Source of the DNA: Candidatus Fermentibacterota bacterium
GTDB taxonomy: Bacteria; JAFGKV01
Assembly (NCBI GenBank): GCA_016928395.1
Contig: JAFGKV010000186.1
Location: forward strand, 599-64,598
DNA: 64,000 bases
Direction: 5' to 3'
The notes under the pieces were generated by a model, which was not told the DNA's origin, ran no database searches, and saw only the letters and a program-made list of their open reading frames with translations. This document shows, piece after piece, positions 39,404 through 49,251 of the stretch. Each line of letters starts with the position of its first letter. Position 1 is the stretch's first letter. Made by a program: the position numbers and the translations under genes.

Positions 39404-40410
39404 GCAACCGCCTCCCTGAGAGGTGCCTTCCGAAACATCCGCACTGCGCCTGACCCCCTGCCCACGAGAGGCCGGCGGAGGAGAATCAGGCAGCACTCCC
39501 CGAACTCATCGCCCCCAAGACCGGCCTCGCGTGGGCTGCGCCCATCCAGGTGGCAGAAGTAGTACGAGGTCTTTGGACGCTCGAGCATCACCCAATCCTC
39601 GTCGTGCTGGGTCTTCCCGGAATGAGCCAGGCCGGTTGCACGAGCCCGGCCATCTCTTCGCCGTCGGCCAATTGGCAGGCTGCTCGCCCTCTCCACGGCG
39701 CATTAGAACGGGTCACTCCCCCGTGGGGGTCATCACAGCAATCCGGTCCCGCGGCATCAGGATCACTGTGGTCGCGCGGAAGATTGGCATCGAATCCGCC
39801 GCGTCAAGCGGGCGGGCAAGTCGGACGGTGGCAGACGACCCCTCACTGCCCAAAGTACTTACATCGGCGCACTCCAGGCCGAAACGGCCTCCCGCTTTAA
39901 TAACCCTCGCGGCCAAGGACCCTGTGACACACCCCCCGACAAACCCGCGTGCTGGCGCTTCGGCCACGCCCGGAAGATCTCCCGGGGTCTGGGTACGCGA
40001 CGCGGGCTGGTTCACTCCCCCGATCTCCACACTCTACCATACCTCTGCACCAGTGCACTGGGCCGTCACGGCGGTGTGCGGCTCGGCCCCCCATCCGCAG
40101 TGATTCGCCGAGTCGGCAAGTTCGACCGCGACCTGACCTGACCCCAGGCGTGAACAGGACTCCGGCCCCAGCGCCCAAAGGTCCGCCAGTGGCTGGCTCC
40201 CGCCACCTCACGCGATACTCCTGCGAGGCACTCTCCGCACCGAGCAATTCGGACCGCGCCCCCTGTGGCCAATGCTGCGAACCGGAGCTCAGCCGGGCCT
40301 CTGAGCGCGCGGATCGCAGTTCCCCTGAGCAAGACGGTCCAGGAAATGCATGCTGATTGAACTTCTGATATTCACTTGACATAGCTCATACACAGCGGTA
40401 TTTGCCCGGG

Positions 40411-41604
40411 ATGATCACTCGAACGCTCTCCTCGCGGTTGCTCCAACTCGCCCCGTCGTACCCGGTGATCTTCCTTACCGGTCCCCGGCAATCGGGAAAG
40501 ACCACTCTGGCGCGGAGCGCCTTTCCAGACTACATGTATGTCTCTCTCGAGGATCTCCAGAACCGGGAGGAGGCCACGGAGGACCCGCGGGGCTTCCTAC
40601 GCCGCCTGGAGAACGCCCCGGGTGCGATCCTCGATGAGGTACAGAGAACGCCGGATCTGTTCTCCTACATCCAAGGATTCGTCGACTCGGGAGGGGGTCC
40701 TCTCATACTCACGGGGTCAGAACAGTTTCTCCTCTCTGAGCGGATAGACCAGACACTGGCTGGACGCGCCGCCATCCTTGAGCTTCTTCCGTTTTCCGTG
40801 GCCGAGCTCTGCCGCCGTGCAAGCCTGTCGCCCGACGAATTCATCGCCGGGAGTAGCATCCCCTCCGGCGAACCCCCGATGAGTCTGGACAATATGCTGT
40901 TCACCGGATTCTTCCCCCGAATCCATGATCTATCCCTGGAGCCGTCCCCTTGGCTCGATGGGTACATCCGCACCTATGTGGAACGAGATGTGCGCGCCCT
41001 CACAGCAGTGGGCGATCTCGACACGTTCGGCCGGTTTGTCGCGCTGTGCGCGGGCCGGAGCGGCCAGCTCCTCAACACCTCGTCGTTGGGGGCCGATGCG
41101 GGAGTGACGCACTCCACTGCACGGCGCTGGATTTCCATACTGAAGGCAGGCTACGTCATCGACTTACTGCAGCCACACTTTGAGAACTTCTCCAGACGTC
41201 TCGTCAAGGCACCCAAGCTCTACTTCGTGGACACGGGGCTGCTGTGCCGTCTGCTGGGCGTGCGGAGTCCTGGTGACCTGCACCGCCATCCTCTTCGCGG
41301 CCTAATTGTCGAGAACCTGGTCATTGGCGAGCTTCGCAAGCTGTTTCTGCACCATGGCCAGCGCCCCCCGCTCTACTTCTGGCGTGACTCCAACGGACGC
41401 GAAGTGGATGTCATCATTGATCTGGGAATCAGAAGGATCCCGGTGGAGATCAAGGCGGGCCTCACTGTGGCAGCCGACTTCCTGAAGTCACTCGATCTCT
41501 ACGCCGGCCTTTCACAGGGGGAGGGTGGCATTCTGGTCTATGGGGGCGACGAGACCTACCGTCGCCGCCAGGATCTTGTTCGTGCCTGGTGGTCATGCAC
41601 GTAG
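40411..41604 (+). CDS. AAA_14 + DUF4143 ATP-binding protein
   Basis: TGPRQSGKTT, ILDEVQR, LTGS, TLAGR, TYVERDV, PKLYFVDTG, YFWRD...EVD...VEIK. Confidence 0.9.
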   Translation: MITRTLSSRLLQLAPSYPVIFLTGPRQSGKTTLARSAFPDYMYVSLEDLQNREEATEDPRGFLRRLENAPGAILDEVQRTPDLFSYIQGFVDSGGGPLILTGSEQFLLSERIDQTLAGRAAILELLPFSVAELCRRASLSPDEFIAGSSIPSGEPPMSLDNMLFTGFFPRIHDLSLEPSPWLDGYIRTYVERDVRALTAVGDLDTFGRFVALCAGRSGQLLNTSSLGADAGVTHSTARRWISILKAGYVIDLLQPHFENFSRRLVKAPKLYFVDTGLLCRLLGVRSPGDLHRHPLRGLIVENLVIGELRKLFLHHGQRPPLYFWRDSNGREVDVIIDLGIRRIPVEIKAGLTVAADFLKSLDLYAGLSQGEGGILVYGGDETYRRRQDLVRAWWSCT

Positions 41605-41715
41605 AGCATAGTGGTCAAAGGCCTCGCCGGCATAGTCTTTCCTGCCGGTGTGGATGGCGTCGTAGAACGCCGCGGTCGTGGCGAAAGGCCCATCCCCGGT
41701 TCCGCCTCTGGTCAT
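41593..41715 (-). pseudogene. N-terminal remnant of a class I SAM methyltransferase
   Basis: FATTAAFYDAIHTGRKDYAGEA followed by abrupt loss of similarity at the end of the convergent ATPase gene. Confidence 0.55.
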
Positions 41716-42017
41716 CGGCTGAGCCCCCGAAGGCGCCCGAGCCATATCGGGCCGAACAAGGTCACCAGGAGCACGGCGACGCACACTCGGCTGCGGAGCA
41801 CATTACAGTCCGAAAGAAGCCGCTCCCACGAGTTACCGAACAGGTAGTGGCCGGCCAGGAACTCGAACGCAACCGTAATCCTCACTCAGAATGAACCCGC
41901 GATGACCAGGTCCGCCCGACGTGACGGCCTGATCCAGGGGAGAGCACACCACATCACCACGAGAAGCGCGATGCAGCCCGTCACCGTGCTGATCACGTGG
42001 CCCGCCTTCGATATCGG
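41712..42017 (-). pseudogene. Decayed small membrane protein gene, 5'-truncated with an internal TGA
   Basis: AGHVISTVTGCIALLVVMW...GSF*VRITVAFEFLAGHYLFGNSWERLLSD; in-frame TGA at 41886-41888; ATGA overlap with the next remnant. Confidence 0.6.
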
Positions 42018-42058
42018 TCACTGCACCCCCACCCGTTGCGGGGCTCGCCCTTTGCCCG

Positions 42059-42445
42059 TCAGTCTCGGTGGGCGGCACAGTTGAACAGCCGCTCCATTGC
42101 TTCCCCCCGGCTATAGGCCAGCTCCCTCGGCGTGTCACCGAACTCCGAGCGGATGTCCGGGCTGGCGCCAGCCCGCAGGAGGAGCTCTGCACTGCACTCG
42201 TCGCCCTGCATGACCGCGACGTGAAGTGGTGTCTGCCCCATGTCACCGATCGCGTCGAGTTCGGCACCCGCCTCGATCAGCACCTCGATGGCCCGACAAT
42301 CCCTCCGCCAGGCCATGACGTGCAGGGGTGTGTCCCCATCCGTACCCCTGCTGCCGATCTCCACGATCCGTGCGCCCAGCTCATCGGGGAACAACACGTC
42401 CGAGGCTGACTGCAGAATCTCGTTCAGCGAACGCTCCGCCTCCAT
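42059..42445 (-). CDS. Ankyrin repeat protein
   Basis: GDTPLH, GQTPLH and GDTP repeats with LIEAGA and LLRAGA. Confidence 0.88.
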   Translation of the reverse strand: MEAERSLNEILQSASDVLFPDELGARIVEIGSRGTDGDTPLHVMAWRRDCRAIEVLIEAGAELDAIGDMGQTPLHVAVMQGDECSAELLLRAGASPDIRSEFGDTPRELAYSRGEAMERLFNCAAHRD

Positions 42446-42560
42446 GTTTCTCGCCCTCCTCACCTGTTCCTGCGCTATGGGCCGTCGGGCACCCTCACCT
42501 CGTGTGGTCGCCTCGCTATGCCAACTTCGAACACCCTGGCGAGAGCCATTCCGCGCGGGG

Positions 42561-43013
42561 TCAGAACGCCGCATCCCTCGACTCAAGGCATCGCGCTTCC
42601 CAGTTCTCGGCTCGGAACTCATCCCACTGGTGCTCCATGACGGGCGTGGGAAAGACAGTCTCGTGCCGCAGGTCTTCCCGGGTGAACCATCCGGCTTCGA
42701 CGATCCCTTCGGCTCGCGCTTCCTCGGTCGGCATGACGTCGCCGCCTACGACATCACACAGCATCCAGATTTTGCACATCTTGAAGCGAACGCATTGCAG
42801 GTCCTCGATCCACAGAACCCGCCAGGGCCGAACCACGACGTCGGTCTCCTCCCGCGTCTCGCGGATGATGGCGTCAACGGTATTCTCGTACGGACGGAGC
42901 GCGCCGCCCGGCCCGACCAAGTACGAACCGCCTCCGGCCGTGGGGTACCGGACCAGCAGGATGGCATCGCCCTTCAGGACGATTCCTCCACCGGCAATCC
43001 GATGCGGTGTCAT
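42561..43013 (-). CDS. NUDIX hydrolase
   Basis: GGALRPYENTVDAIIRETREETD Nudix box. Confidence 0.85.
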   Translation of the reverse strand: MTPHRIAGGGIVLKGDAILLVRYPTAGGGSYLVGPGGALRPYENTVDAIIRETREETDVVVRPWRVLWIEDLQCVRFKMCKIWMLCDVVGGDVMPTEEARAEGIVEAGWFTREDLRHETVFPTPVMEHQWDEFRAENWEARCLESRDAAF

Positions 43014-43063
43014 GCGGCAGCTCGATGCCGGGGCGTGTTCATCCAACGTATCCCTTCTCATCT

Positions 43064-43450
43064 CTACCGCGCCCCTTCATCGCGCAGCCTGACTCGGTTG
43101 CGGAATCCTCGCTCCTTCACGACCTGGTCGCCGATGCGAATACCCTGCCGAATACGGATCTGCATCGGGACCACCCTGTCTATGGTCTTCCCTGCGGGCG
43201 TTCGGATGACAAGATGTTCCTCTTCGGGAGACTCCAGGATGAACCGATCCACCCATCGAACCTTGAGCCCGACCACCTCTCCCTCGTAGGGGAAGTAGGC
43301 GTCGTGCACATACGTGGCAACAGACACGAAGAACGCCGCGACCACTGCAAGGCCCAGCAGCGCCAGAACCCCACCCAGTGGAGTGCCGAGAAACCGCCAC
43401 CGGCCCTTGTGGTCAGGAGCATCCCGCCAGAAAAGTACGGTCACCTTCAT
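43064..43450 (-). CDS. Single-TM hypothetical protein
   Basis: One hydrophobic helix followed by a beta-rich region (YEGEVVG...IRIGDQVVK). Confidence 0.6.
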   Translation of the reverse strand: MKVTVLFWRDAPDHKGRWRFLGTPLGGVLALLGLAVVAAFFVSVATYVHDAYFPYEGEVVGLKVRWVDRFILESPEEEHLVIRTPAGKTIDRVVPMQIRIRQGIRIGDQVVKERGFRNRVRLRDEGAR

Positions 43451-43544
43451 CGCGTTCCCTCGTATGAGTGCGCCGTAGCCAGCCTCCATGCCCGCTCGTC
43501 TCCCTGATCAACCCAGCGGCAGCGCTGAGCGACCGCCGCCGACT

Positions 43545-43958
43545 CTATTCCTCGACTTTCAGAGAGTTCTCCTTACACCATTCCAGGAGTCGGTCCTTGG
43601 TCTCCCGTGCCTCGAACTCATACCACGTCTCCAGCACACCCCGCCTGGCGAGGAGGTCCTTGAATCGGCCGTAGGCCCCTCGCCGACGGAAGATCTCCCT
43701 CACCCGCCACGGAAGCTCACCGCCAATCCCGTCCGCAAAGGCGAAAGCGAGACTCCGGCCTAGACCCAAGTCGTTCTTGTGGGGAATCGAGACGAAATCG
43801 TCGTCGAACTCTGCGTCTTCGGGAACCTCGTCCACATCGGCCATATCCGATCGGTAGAAGACCTCACCCGTAACCCTCGACACAAAGGCCGAGTTCGCGT
43901 ACTGAGGGGCCGAACTCACGAAGCTGAATGCCGCTTCGATATCAGAGTACGTGATCAT
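43545..43958 (-). CDS. UPF0158 family protein
   Basis: IEAAFSFVS, TGEVF, IPHKNDLGLG, FRRRGAYGRFKDLL, WYEFE, EWCKEN. Confidence 0.8.
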   Translation of the reverse strand: MITYSDIEAAFSFVSSAPQYANSAFVSRVTGEVFYRSDMADVDEVPEDAEFDDDFVSIPHKNDLGLGRSLAFAFADGIGGELPWRVREIFRRRGAYGRFKDLLARRGVLETWYEFEARETKDRLLEWCKENSLKVEE

Positions 43959-44435
43959 GGTCACCTGTCCTCTCTTCCCTCATCGAGCGAGTCCAACGCG
44001 AGAATCTGCGGTAGACGCAGTTTTCGCATGACCCCACTACTGACGGATTCTCAGCGCGCGGCTGAACCCTTCCGTGCGCGACGTCTATCTTCTCACGAAG
44101 ATCAACCACTACCCCCGGTGATGATGCGGATGAGCCCCAAACAGGGCAAGGCATTCGCCACGCCCGCGCTGCCCTTGGCATCCGCTCTCACCTCTCCGTG
44201 GCCTGTTTCGCCGATGATACTCCAATTCAGTGGGGGAGACAAGTCGGCGCTCCTTGAGGAAGCGGACCGGAGGCAGAGGCGGCCTGTAGGGTCATCCGTT
44301 CGACCGTCCATGCGTGGCGGTCTGGTTCTCGCCCGTCGTGCCAACGCCGTTTTGGAATGGCTCTTCTTCGGCCAATCCGAAAGGGACCTCTTCTTCCTTT
44401 CTTCGGCACTGCGCACCGGCAACTGCCGACTCCTT

Positions 44436-44485
44436 GGAGTGCGGCGGCTCGCCGCCGCATTCGCCTGCGGGAGCTGGGCTCCCGC
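44436..44485. repeat. GGAG-type REP-like palindromes
   Basis: GGAGTGCGGCGG-CTCG-CCGCCGCA and GCGGGAGC-TGG-GCTCCCGC hairpins. Confidence 0.6.
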
Positions 44486-44499
44486 CATCCAAGGCGCAG

Positions 44500-44547
44500 G
44501 CAAGCCTGCGCAAACCAGTCGTCAAATCCAAGGTCGGTCAGTTCCAC
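44500..44547 (-). pseudogene. Extreme N-terminal remnant resembling an RsgA-family GTPase
   Basis: GGAGGAG RBS, GTG start, MELTDLGFDDWFAQ, then interrupted by the REP-like element. Confidence 0.45.
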
Positions 44548-44773
44548 CGCCTTCACTCCTCCGTCGGCCACTCCACTTCGGCCTTCGCCGCTGTCCCGCC
44601 TTCCGCGGCACCTGCGGAGATCGCGATCATCAGACCGCCGATCACTCTCCGACCATGCTCCTCAGAGTGTCCATTTCAAACCAGCGATGGTGCTGTGGGA
44701 GCGACTCTTGGTCCGGCACGGCTGGATGCTGGGATCAGCCGTGACTCCCCCGTTCTGTTCCTGGTGTTCCCGG

Positions 44774-44970
44774 CTACTTCACCACCGTGATCGGGACGAA
44801 CTGGCGGGAGCCATCGCCCTCAACTCCCAGGAAGTACTGGCCGGTGGTGATGGTGTCCGGCAGTCTCAAGACGATCGTCGCGTCCGGTCCCATCCTCTCC
44901 GCCTGCTGCAGGCTCATCACCCGCCGCCCCAGCAGATCGACGACGGTAAGTCGGATCAGGCCTTGTCCTT
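44774..44970 (-). pseudogene. Orphan FlgD/T9SS-like C-terminal domain fragment
   Basis: IRLTVVDLLGRRV...TTGQYFL...ITVVK* with no plausible N-terminal domain or signal peptide. Confidence 0.6.
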
Positions 44971-45157
44971 CCAATCCCGCAACCCCGCATCCTTCGTTGC
45001 GGAACCATGGCGTGACGTGAAAACAGCACATCCGATCGGGGACTCCGTATGCGATTGGAACCCGCCGGAAAGCATTCGACCACAAGGATTCTGAGGATCG
45101 GCGGAATGCGTCGCAACTGGCTCACAAACAGGCAGGATCGGAGCTATTCTAGTCTGA

Positions 45158-45334
45158 GCCCACGTTGAGCGATTCCCCTCTACTGCGGCTTCCACCGCGC
45201 GGCTGCGCTGTTCGTTTCCCGCTTCGCCCTCTCGACGTATCCGGTGGATACGCCTCCGTCGTCTCAGCGCTCCAACATCGCGGCTCGCTCGCGCGTTGTG
45301 AGCCTCGCGACGACAAGAGTCGCTCAACGTGGGC
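45158..45334. mobile_element. MITE of about 177 bp
   Basis: 15-bp perfect terminal inverted repeats GCCCACGTTGAGCGA/TCGCTCAACGTGGGC; flanking direct repeat (C)TGA(G); internal CGTATCC/GGATACG hairpin; no coding capacity. Confidence 0.8.
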
Positions 45335-45548
45335 TGAGAATAGTGGGCAGTATCGGCCCCGGCTGCGCCGGACGCGCGGCCCGAGCAGCCGGATCCATGG
45401 CCAGGTGCCGAGAGGGAGTGGTCAGTCTTCAGTTGTCGGTAACCAGTTGAGCGCAGGGGAAGCGGCGACACGAAACCGGCGAAGAATCCCCATCGTGCGA
45501 CGGAAGGACGCGCCATGGGTCGAGAAGCATGCGAACGCGATCCGATTG

Positions 45549-45627
45549 TATCCATCACAGCCCCTGGTGAAGGTCTCTCTCGGAACGGAATAGGCTTCAA
45601 GGAAGCCGATACCTCCTGCGCGGTCAA
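45549..45627 (-). repeat. Promoter/leader repeat copy 1
   Basis: Minus strand TTGACC-17-TTCCTT...CCGTTCCGAGAGAGACCTTCACCAGGGGCTGTGATGGATA; 52/57 nt identical to copy 2. Confidence 0.85.
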
Positions 45628-45771
45628 GCGGTTCGGGTGCGACGTAAGGTCTTCCGCCGGCAAGCCTTGGAGATCCCCCAGGCCAAGAGCCCGAGGACTG
45701 ACCAGTCCTACTCTCATGGCCGTCCGTAGACCGCAGAGCCCCGCGCGCGGAGCGGCGTGGTTGCCTGACGG

Positions 45772-46014
45772 CTACTCGAGATCTTCGAGAGGAATTGTAT
45801 TGCCTTCCCGGGCTTCCCTTCGGGAGCGCTCAATCACCTTCCGGAACCGTGGGTCGTTGAGGAGCCGCTACTCGAGGTAATCATCCTCATCTCGGAAGCC
45901 CCTGAGCACTGCAACCGGTTTCCCGTGGCGTGTGATGATGATCTCCTCCCGGACCGCTCGCTTCACGCAGGCCGAGAGACTATCCTTCGCCTGACTAAGA
46001 GACATCGTGGTCAT
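45772..46014 (-). pseudogene. Phd/YefM-family antitoxin with an in-frame TAG at codon 49
   Basis: MTTMSLSQAKDSLS...IIITRHGKPVAVL...DDYLE*RLLNDPRFRKVIERSR...LEDLE*; ATGA-coupled to the toxin. Confidence 0.8.
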
Positions 46015-46307
46015 GAGTTCTTCACTCCATGTTCATCGAGCAATTCCCCAGCGCCAGCCTTTGGCACAATGGCCAGAACGATCACCTTCGCGCCGACGAC
46101 ATCGCAGAAGACCCTGTATTCATCGACCCGGAGACGGTACTCGGGATGCGCCATCGCGCGTAGCTTCTTGATTCGACTCCGGCTCGTCTTCGTCGGTTCG
46201 TACCGAAGATGGCGTTCGAGTTCAGTCTTCAGCACCGCACGCCACCGGGAACTCAAGGCCCGGTAGTGGCATTGAGCCGTAGTGGTTAGAACGATTTCGA
46301 AGCGCAT
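46011..46307 (-). CDS. RelE/ParE-family toxin
   Basis: IKKL...YRLRVDEYRVF...VIVLAI. Confidence 0.82.
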   Translation of the reverse strand: MRFEIVLTTTAQCHYRALSSRWRAVLKTELERHLRYEPTKTSRSRIKKLRAMAHPEYRLRVDEYRVFCDVVGAKVIVLAIVPKAGAGELLDEHGVKNS

Positions 46308-46445
46308 GCCTGCAAGGTGGCGACTTTCTAACCAGAATCAAGGCCAGATTAAAGGCTATGTCTCATCTGGCCATGAGGTGGCCAGCGGAAGGGGGTACGC
46401 GGTCGGCCGACACCGCGTCGTAGGGCAACTGGAGAGCCTGGTGCG

Positions 46446-46690
46446 CCTGCCTGCCGCAGGCAGGTAGCGAAACACGCTCCTGTCGCGTCGCAGCTTCAGC
46501 GGAGACGGATGCCCGCCTGCGAAGCGGGCTGACTGCCGACTGAAGATTGCCGCCCCATCTCCTCACTCCTATCTCCTTACTCGACAGACCCCTTCGAGTC
46601 CTTCGTGTCTTCGCGGTGAGATTGCTGCCTTTGCGCTCTTTGCGCTCTTTGCGCCTTTGTCGTTGACCCTGAGCGCAGTCGAGGGGCGGG
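46446..46690. repeat. Cluster of short intergenic repeats
   Basis: CCTGCCTGC-C-GCAGGCAGG palindrome at 46446-46464; nonamer CTTTGCGCY x3 at 46629-46655; CCCTGAGCGCAGTCGAGGG REP-like unit. Confidence 0.6.
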
Positions 46691-46839
46691 AGATTCCCGT
46701 TTCGGATTTCCCGCGTAGCAAGCCGACTCTTCCATTCGTTCCAACTCGCCGATTATCCGGCGCATTCCCCACGTCCCTATGCCGGCCCTGGAGTGCGGAA
46801 TGCAGGAATGCCAGGACAAGCGGAGTGGGGTGGCCTCCG

Positions 46840-47310
46840 TCAGCGCGGCTTCGTGAGGCGGGGGTCGAAGCGGAACTCGGCGGCGCCGCCGATCCCGATG
46901 CGGGCGAAATCCGAATGCGCCGGGTTCAGCAGGAAGTTGGTCTCCACACGGACAATGGCGCTCGGCACGGCCAGCACCGCCGACGTACGACGCCTGACCC
47001 ACTCCGTGCCCAGACGACGGGTCGATGCGGGGGGCGGATCATCGGCCCAGTCAGCAGGAAGGTCGGCTGATGCCACTCGGAGGCAGATGGATTCGTCGAA
47101 CGTGATGGGCACGCTCACGTACAGACTCAGAAACTCAGGCGTGCCCAAGTGGGCGAGCATCTCTAACGCCGCCAGCGACAAGGATCCCGCGGTGTACACC
47201 ATGCGGATGCCCCGCTGGTTCCACCGGCCCGGGTACAGTCGTGCACCTTCGCCGGCAAACGCCGCTTTCGCATGCCTCGATTGGACGATTCGCCATGCGG
47301 TGATCGTCAA
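46840..47310 (-). CDS. RES-domain toxin (NAD+ phosphorylase family)
   Basis: AWRI, GEGARLYPGRWN, VYTA...LAALE, VPSAIV...NFLLNPAH, FDPRL; TTG start overlapping the antitoxin stop. Confidence 0.88.
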   Translation of the reverse strand: MTITAWRIVQSRHAKAAFAGEGARLYPGRWNQRGIRMVYTAGSLSLAALEMLAHLGTPEFLSLYVSVPITFDESICLRVASADLPADWADDPPPASTRRLGTEWVRRRTSAVLAVPSAIVRVETNFLLNPAHSDFARIGIGGAAEFRFDPRLTKPR

Positions 47311-47861
47311 GAAAAGACCCCGTGCTCCAATCGTCCCAGCAAGTCCTCGACCTCCCTCGCGCCGACCTCGGTGTCGGCATGCTGGAGCGGCGTTTGCCCC
47401 CGTAGCGCTTTCTTCGGTGACTTGAGCCACTGTCGCGCCTGCTCCTCGCCTCCGAGTGCCGCCACGGCGCTGTCGAACAGCGTGGCGATGCGGTAGACCT
47501 TCTCGGACTCGAGCGCCCTGAGTCTCCCCTCCTGTTTGCGGCGCGCGAGCGTTCGCCGTGCGATCGATACGAGGTCAGCCAGCTCGTAGACCGTGAGCTG
47601 TAGCTCGCTGCACAGCTTCTCGAAGGCCGTGAACATGAACCCTCTCTTGATCTCTTCGATGGCCCGTGCGCTACTGGCAAGCCGAAGCCCCAGCGCACTA
47701 CACGGCGGTCTCCGCGATCGGCCTCGCAGGCGCAGAGCCGATGCGTCAACGGTGGCGAACCCATACTGGGTCCACCCGTACACCGAGCCTGGTTCGCGAA
47801 CGCGGGCGATCTCCTCTGGTGAAGTCGTGACCGCAGTGTCTCGGGTGCGTGAGCGGGGCAT
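47307..47861 (-). CDS. Xre/MbcA/ParS-like antitoxin
   Basis: AAGGAGG RBS; RTLARRKQEGRL...ESEK, ARQWL...ALRGQTPL, GAREVEDLLGRLEHG. Confidence 0.86.
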   Translation of the reverse strand: MPRSRTRDTAVTTSPEEIARVREPGSVYGWTQYGFATVDASALRLRGRSRRPPCSALGLRLASSARAIEEIKRGFMFTAFEKLCSELQLTVYELADLVSIARRTLARRKQEGRLRALESEKVYRIATLFDSAVAALGGEEQARQWLKSPKKALRGQTPLQHADTEVGAREVEDLLGRLEHGVFS

Positions 47862-48145
47862 TCCTACCTCCTTATGCCATTATGCACTGGAAGATCCGCC
47901 AAATGGCATGCATTGTCAAGATGGAGAAGCACGACCAGCTCGCTGCCGCTACTTCTCGGTACGACACGGGAATCCAACGCGCCCGTCGGTGCGTGAGTGG
48001 CGGACACGGTGCGGAGCACACGCCATGTTCCACCGATGCCGTACGGCTCATCTGCCCGCGTCGCCTCGTCGAGTCGCCGGAGTGTTCTCCACGTCCGTAG
48101 GTACCGAGCGTGGCGAACTGCGAGTCAAGACAGCCCGTGCGGGCC

Positions 48146-48167
48146 ACTATTCTAAACTTAGAATAGT
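48146..48167. repeat. Dyad site 3: ACTATTCT-AAACTT-AGAATAGT
   Basis: 20/22 identity to the core of the 35930 palindrome. Confidence 0.85.
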
Positions 48168-48317
48168 TCGTAGTGTAGCCGTGGAGTACCATGTCGCCAT
48201 GCTTCAGAGGGTTCGGAAGCCCTTTCTGGAGCGCTCTTTCGTTCAACAACCTGACACTTGCCAACGCCCCTAGACCGGCCTCGGTGTTTGTTCGCGAGAG
48301 AGGGTGGCAGGCACAGG

Positions 48318-48353
48318 ATATTCCATGCCCGGAATATTCCTGGCATGGAATAT
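48318..48353. repeat. 36-bp near-perfect palindrome made of two overlapping TATTCC-N6-GGAATA dyads
   Basis: ATATTCCATGCC-C-GGAATATTCC-T-GGCATGGAATAT. Confidence 0.8.
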
Positions 48354-48588
48354 TGGCTCTCGGCGCGTCGCCCGGCTGTCCGGAAAGCCTGTCCCTAGAC
48401 CGGGATGCCTCGCTATCCTTTGCGTCCTTGCCTGCTCTTCGTGAGATTCCCGTTTGGCTTCTTGCGCTTCCCGAGTAATGCGTTCAGGATTTCCCGCGCA
48501 GCACTGCGCGGTGGGCTTGACTGCAGCGTGCCTCAATCCCTTCTTGGCAGAAGTGATGTCAAGAGGACAAGGGGTAAAGGAGTAGGAG

Positions 48589-48843
48589 ATGGCAGAGGAG
48601 ATGGCAGAGGACACGGCGTTGGCGTACAGCAGGCTGTCCAGTAAGGGACAAGTCACCGTTCCTCTCAAGGTCCGGGAGGCGTTGGGATTGAAGGCTCGTG
48701 ACATAGTGGCGTACGAGGTCCGCCCTGACGGTGTGGTTTTGCGCAGGGCCGAACCATTCGATGTGGAGTTTTATCGTGCCCTCGCCTCCACGCTGGAGGA
48801 ATGGAACTCCCCGGAGGATGAAGAGGCATTCCGTGACCTGTGA
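48589..48843 (+). CDS. AbrB/MazE/SpoVT-family antitoxin
   Basis: RLSSKGQVTVPLKVREALGL, EWNSPEDEEAFRDL. Confidence 0.88.
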   Translation: MAEEMAEDTALAYSRLSSKGQVTVPLKVREALGLKARDIVAYEVRPDGVVLRRAEPFDVEFYRALASTLEEWNSPEDEEAFRDL

Positions 48844-49168
48844 TCAGTGGGACGTGGTCGCTGTTCCGTTCCCGTTCTCGGAGTCATCGGGGGCGAAGCG
48901 ACGTCCTGCAGTGGTCCTCAGCGGGCGAACCTTCAACAATGCCGGCCACGTCGTACTCGCCATGGTGACCACACAGCAGCATCGCCCGTGGCCCGGTGAC
49001 ACGCCGGTTGCCGACATAGATCGGGCAGGCCTTCCGCGCCCGTGCATCGTTCGACTGAAGCTCTTCACGCTGGATGCGCGGCTGATTGCCCGGAGACTCG
49101 GCACGCTCGGTACGGATGACATCGCGGCAGTGCGAGCGAGCCTTCGCACATATCTCTCGTGCGATTGA
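48833..49168 (+). CDS. PemK/MazF-family toxin
   Basis: WDVVAVPFPFS...KRRPAVVLS, MVTT, AGLPRPCIVR, RRLGTL; GTG start overlapping the antitoxin end. Confidence 0.88.
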   Translation: MTCDQWDVVAVPFPFSESSGAKRRPAVVLSGRTFNNAGHVVLAMVTTQQHRPWPGDTPVADIDRAGLPRPCIVRLKLFTLDARLIARRLGTLGTDDIAAVRASLRTYLSCD

Positions 49169-49251
49169 GCCTCAACCAGCGCACGCCCTCCCCGGGGGGC
49201 GAACCACGCCATGTCTGGAGCACACGCGGTCCTGTCTCCGCTTCCGCGGCT

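Noticed and set aside
39420-40400. Protein-coding genes in the gap between the CPBP and ATPase genes
   Set aside because: Only short overlapping low-complexity ORFs; possibly remnants, but nothing identifiable.
41886-45870. Alternative genetic code (TGA or TAG recoding)
   Set aside because: Core genes use TGA and TAG as normal stops, and both interrupted genes show other signs of decay. Only local read-through remains possible.
46325-48556. TTCT-N4-AGAA dyads upstream of the RelE and AbrB genes as further copies of the main motif
   Set aside because: The spacer is 4 bp rather than 6 and the arms are short; they could be chance or separate TA operators.
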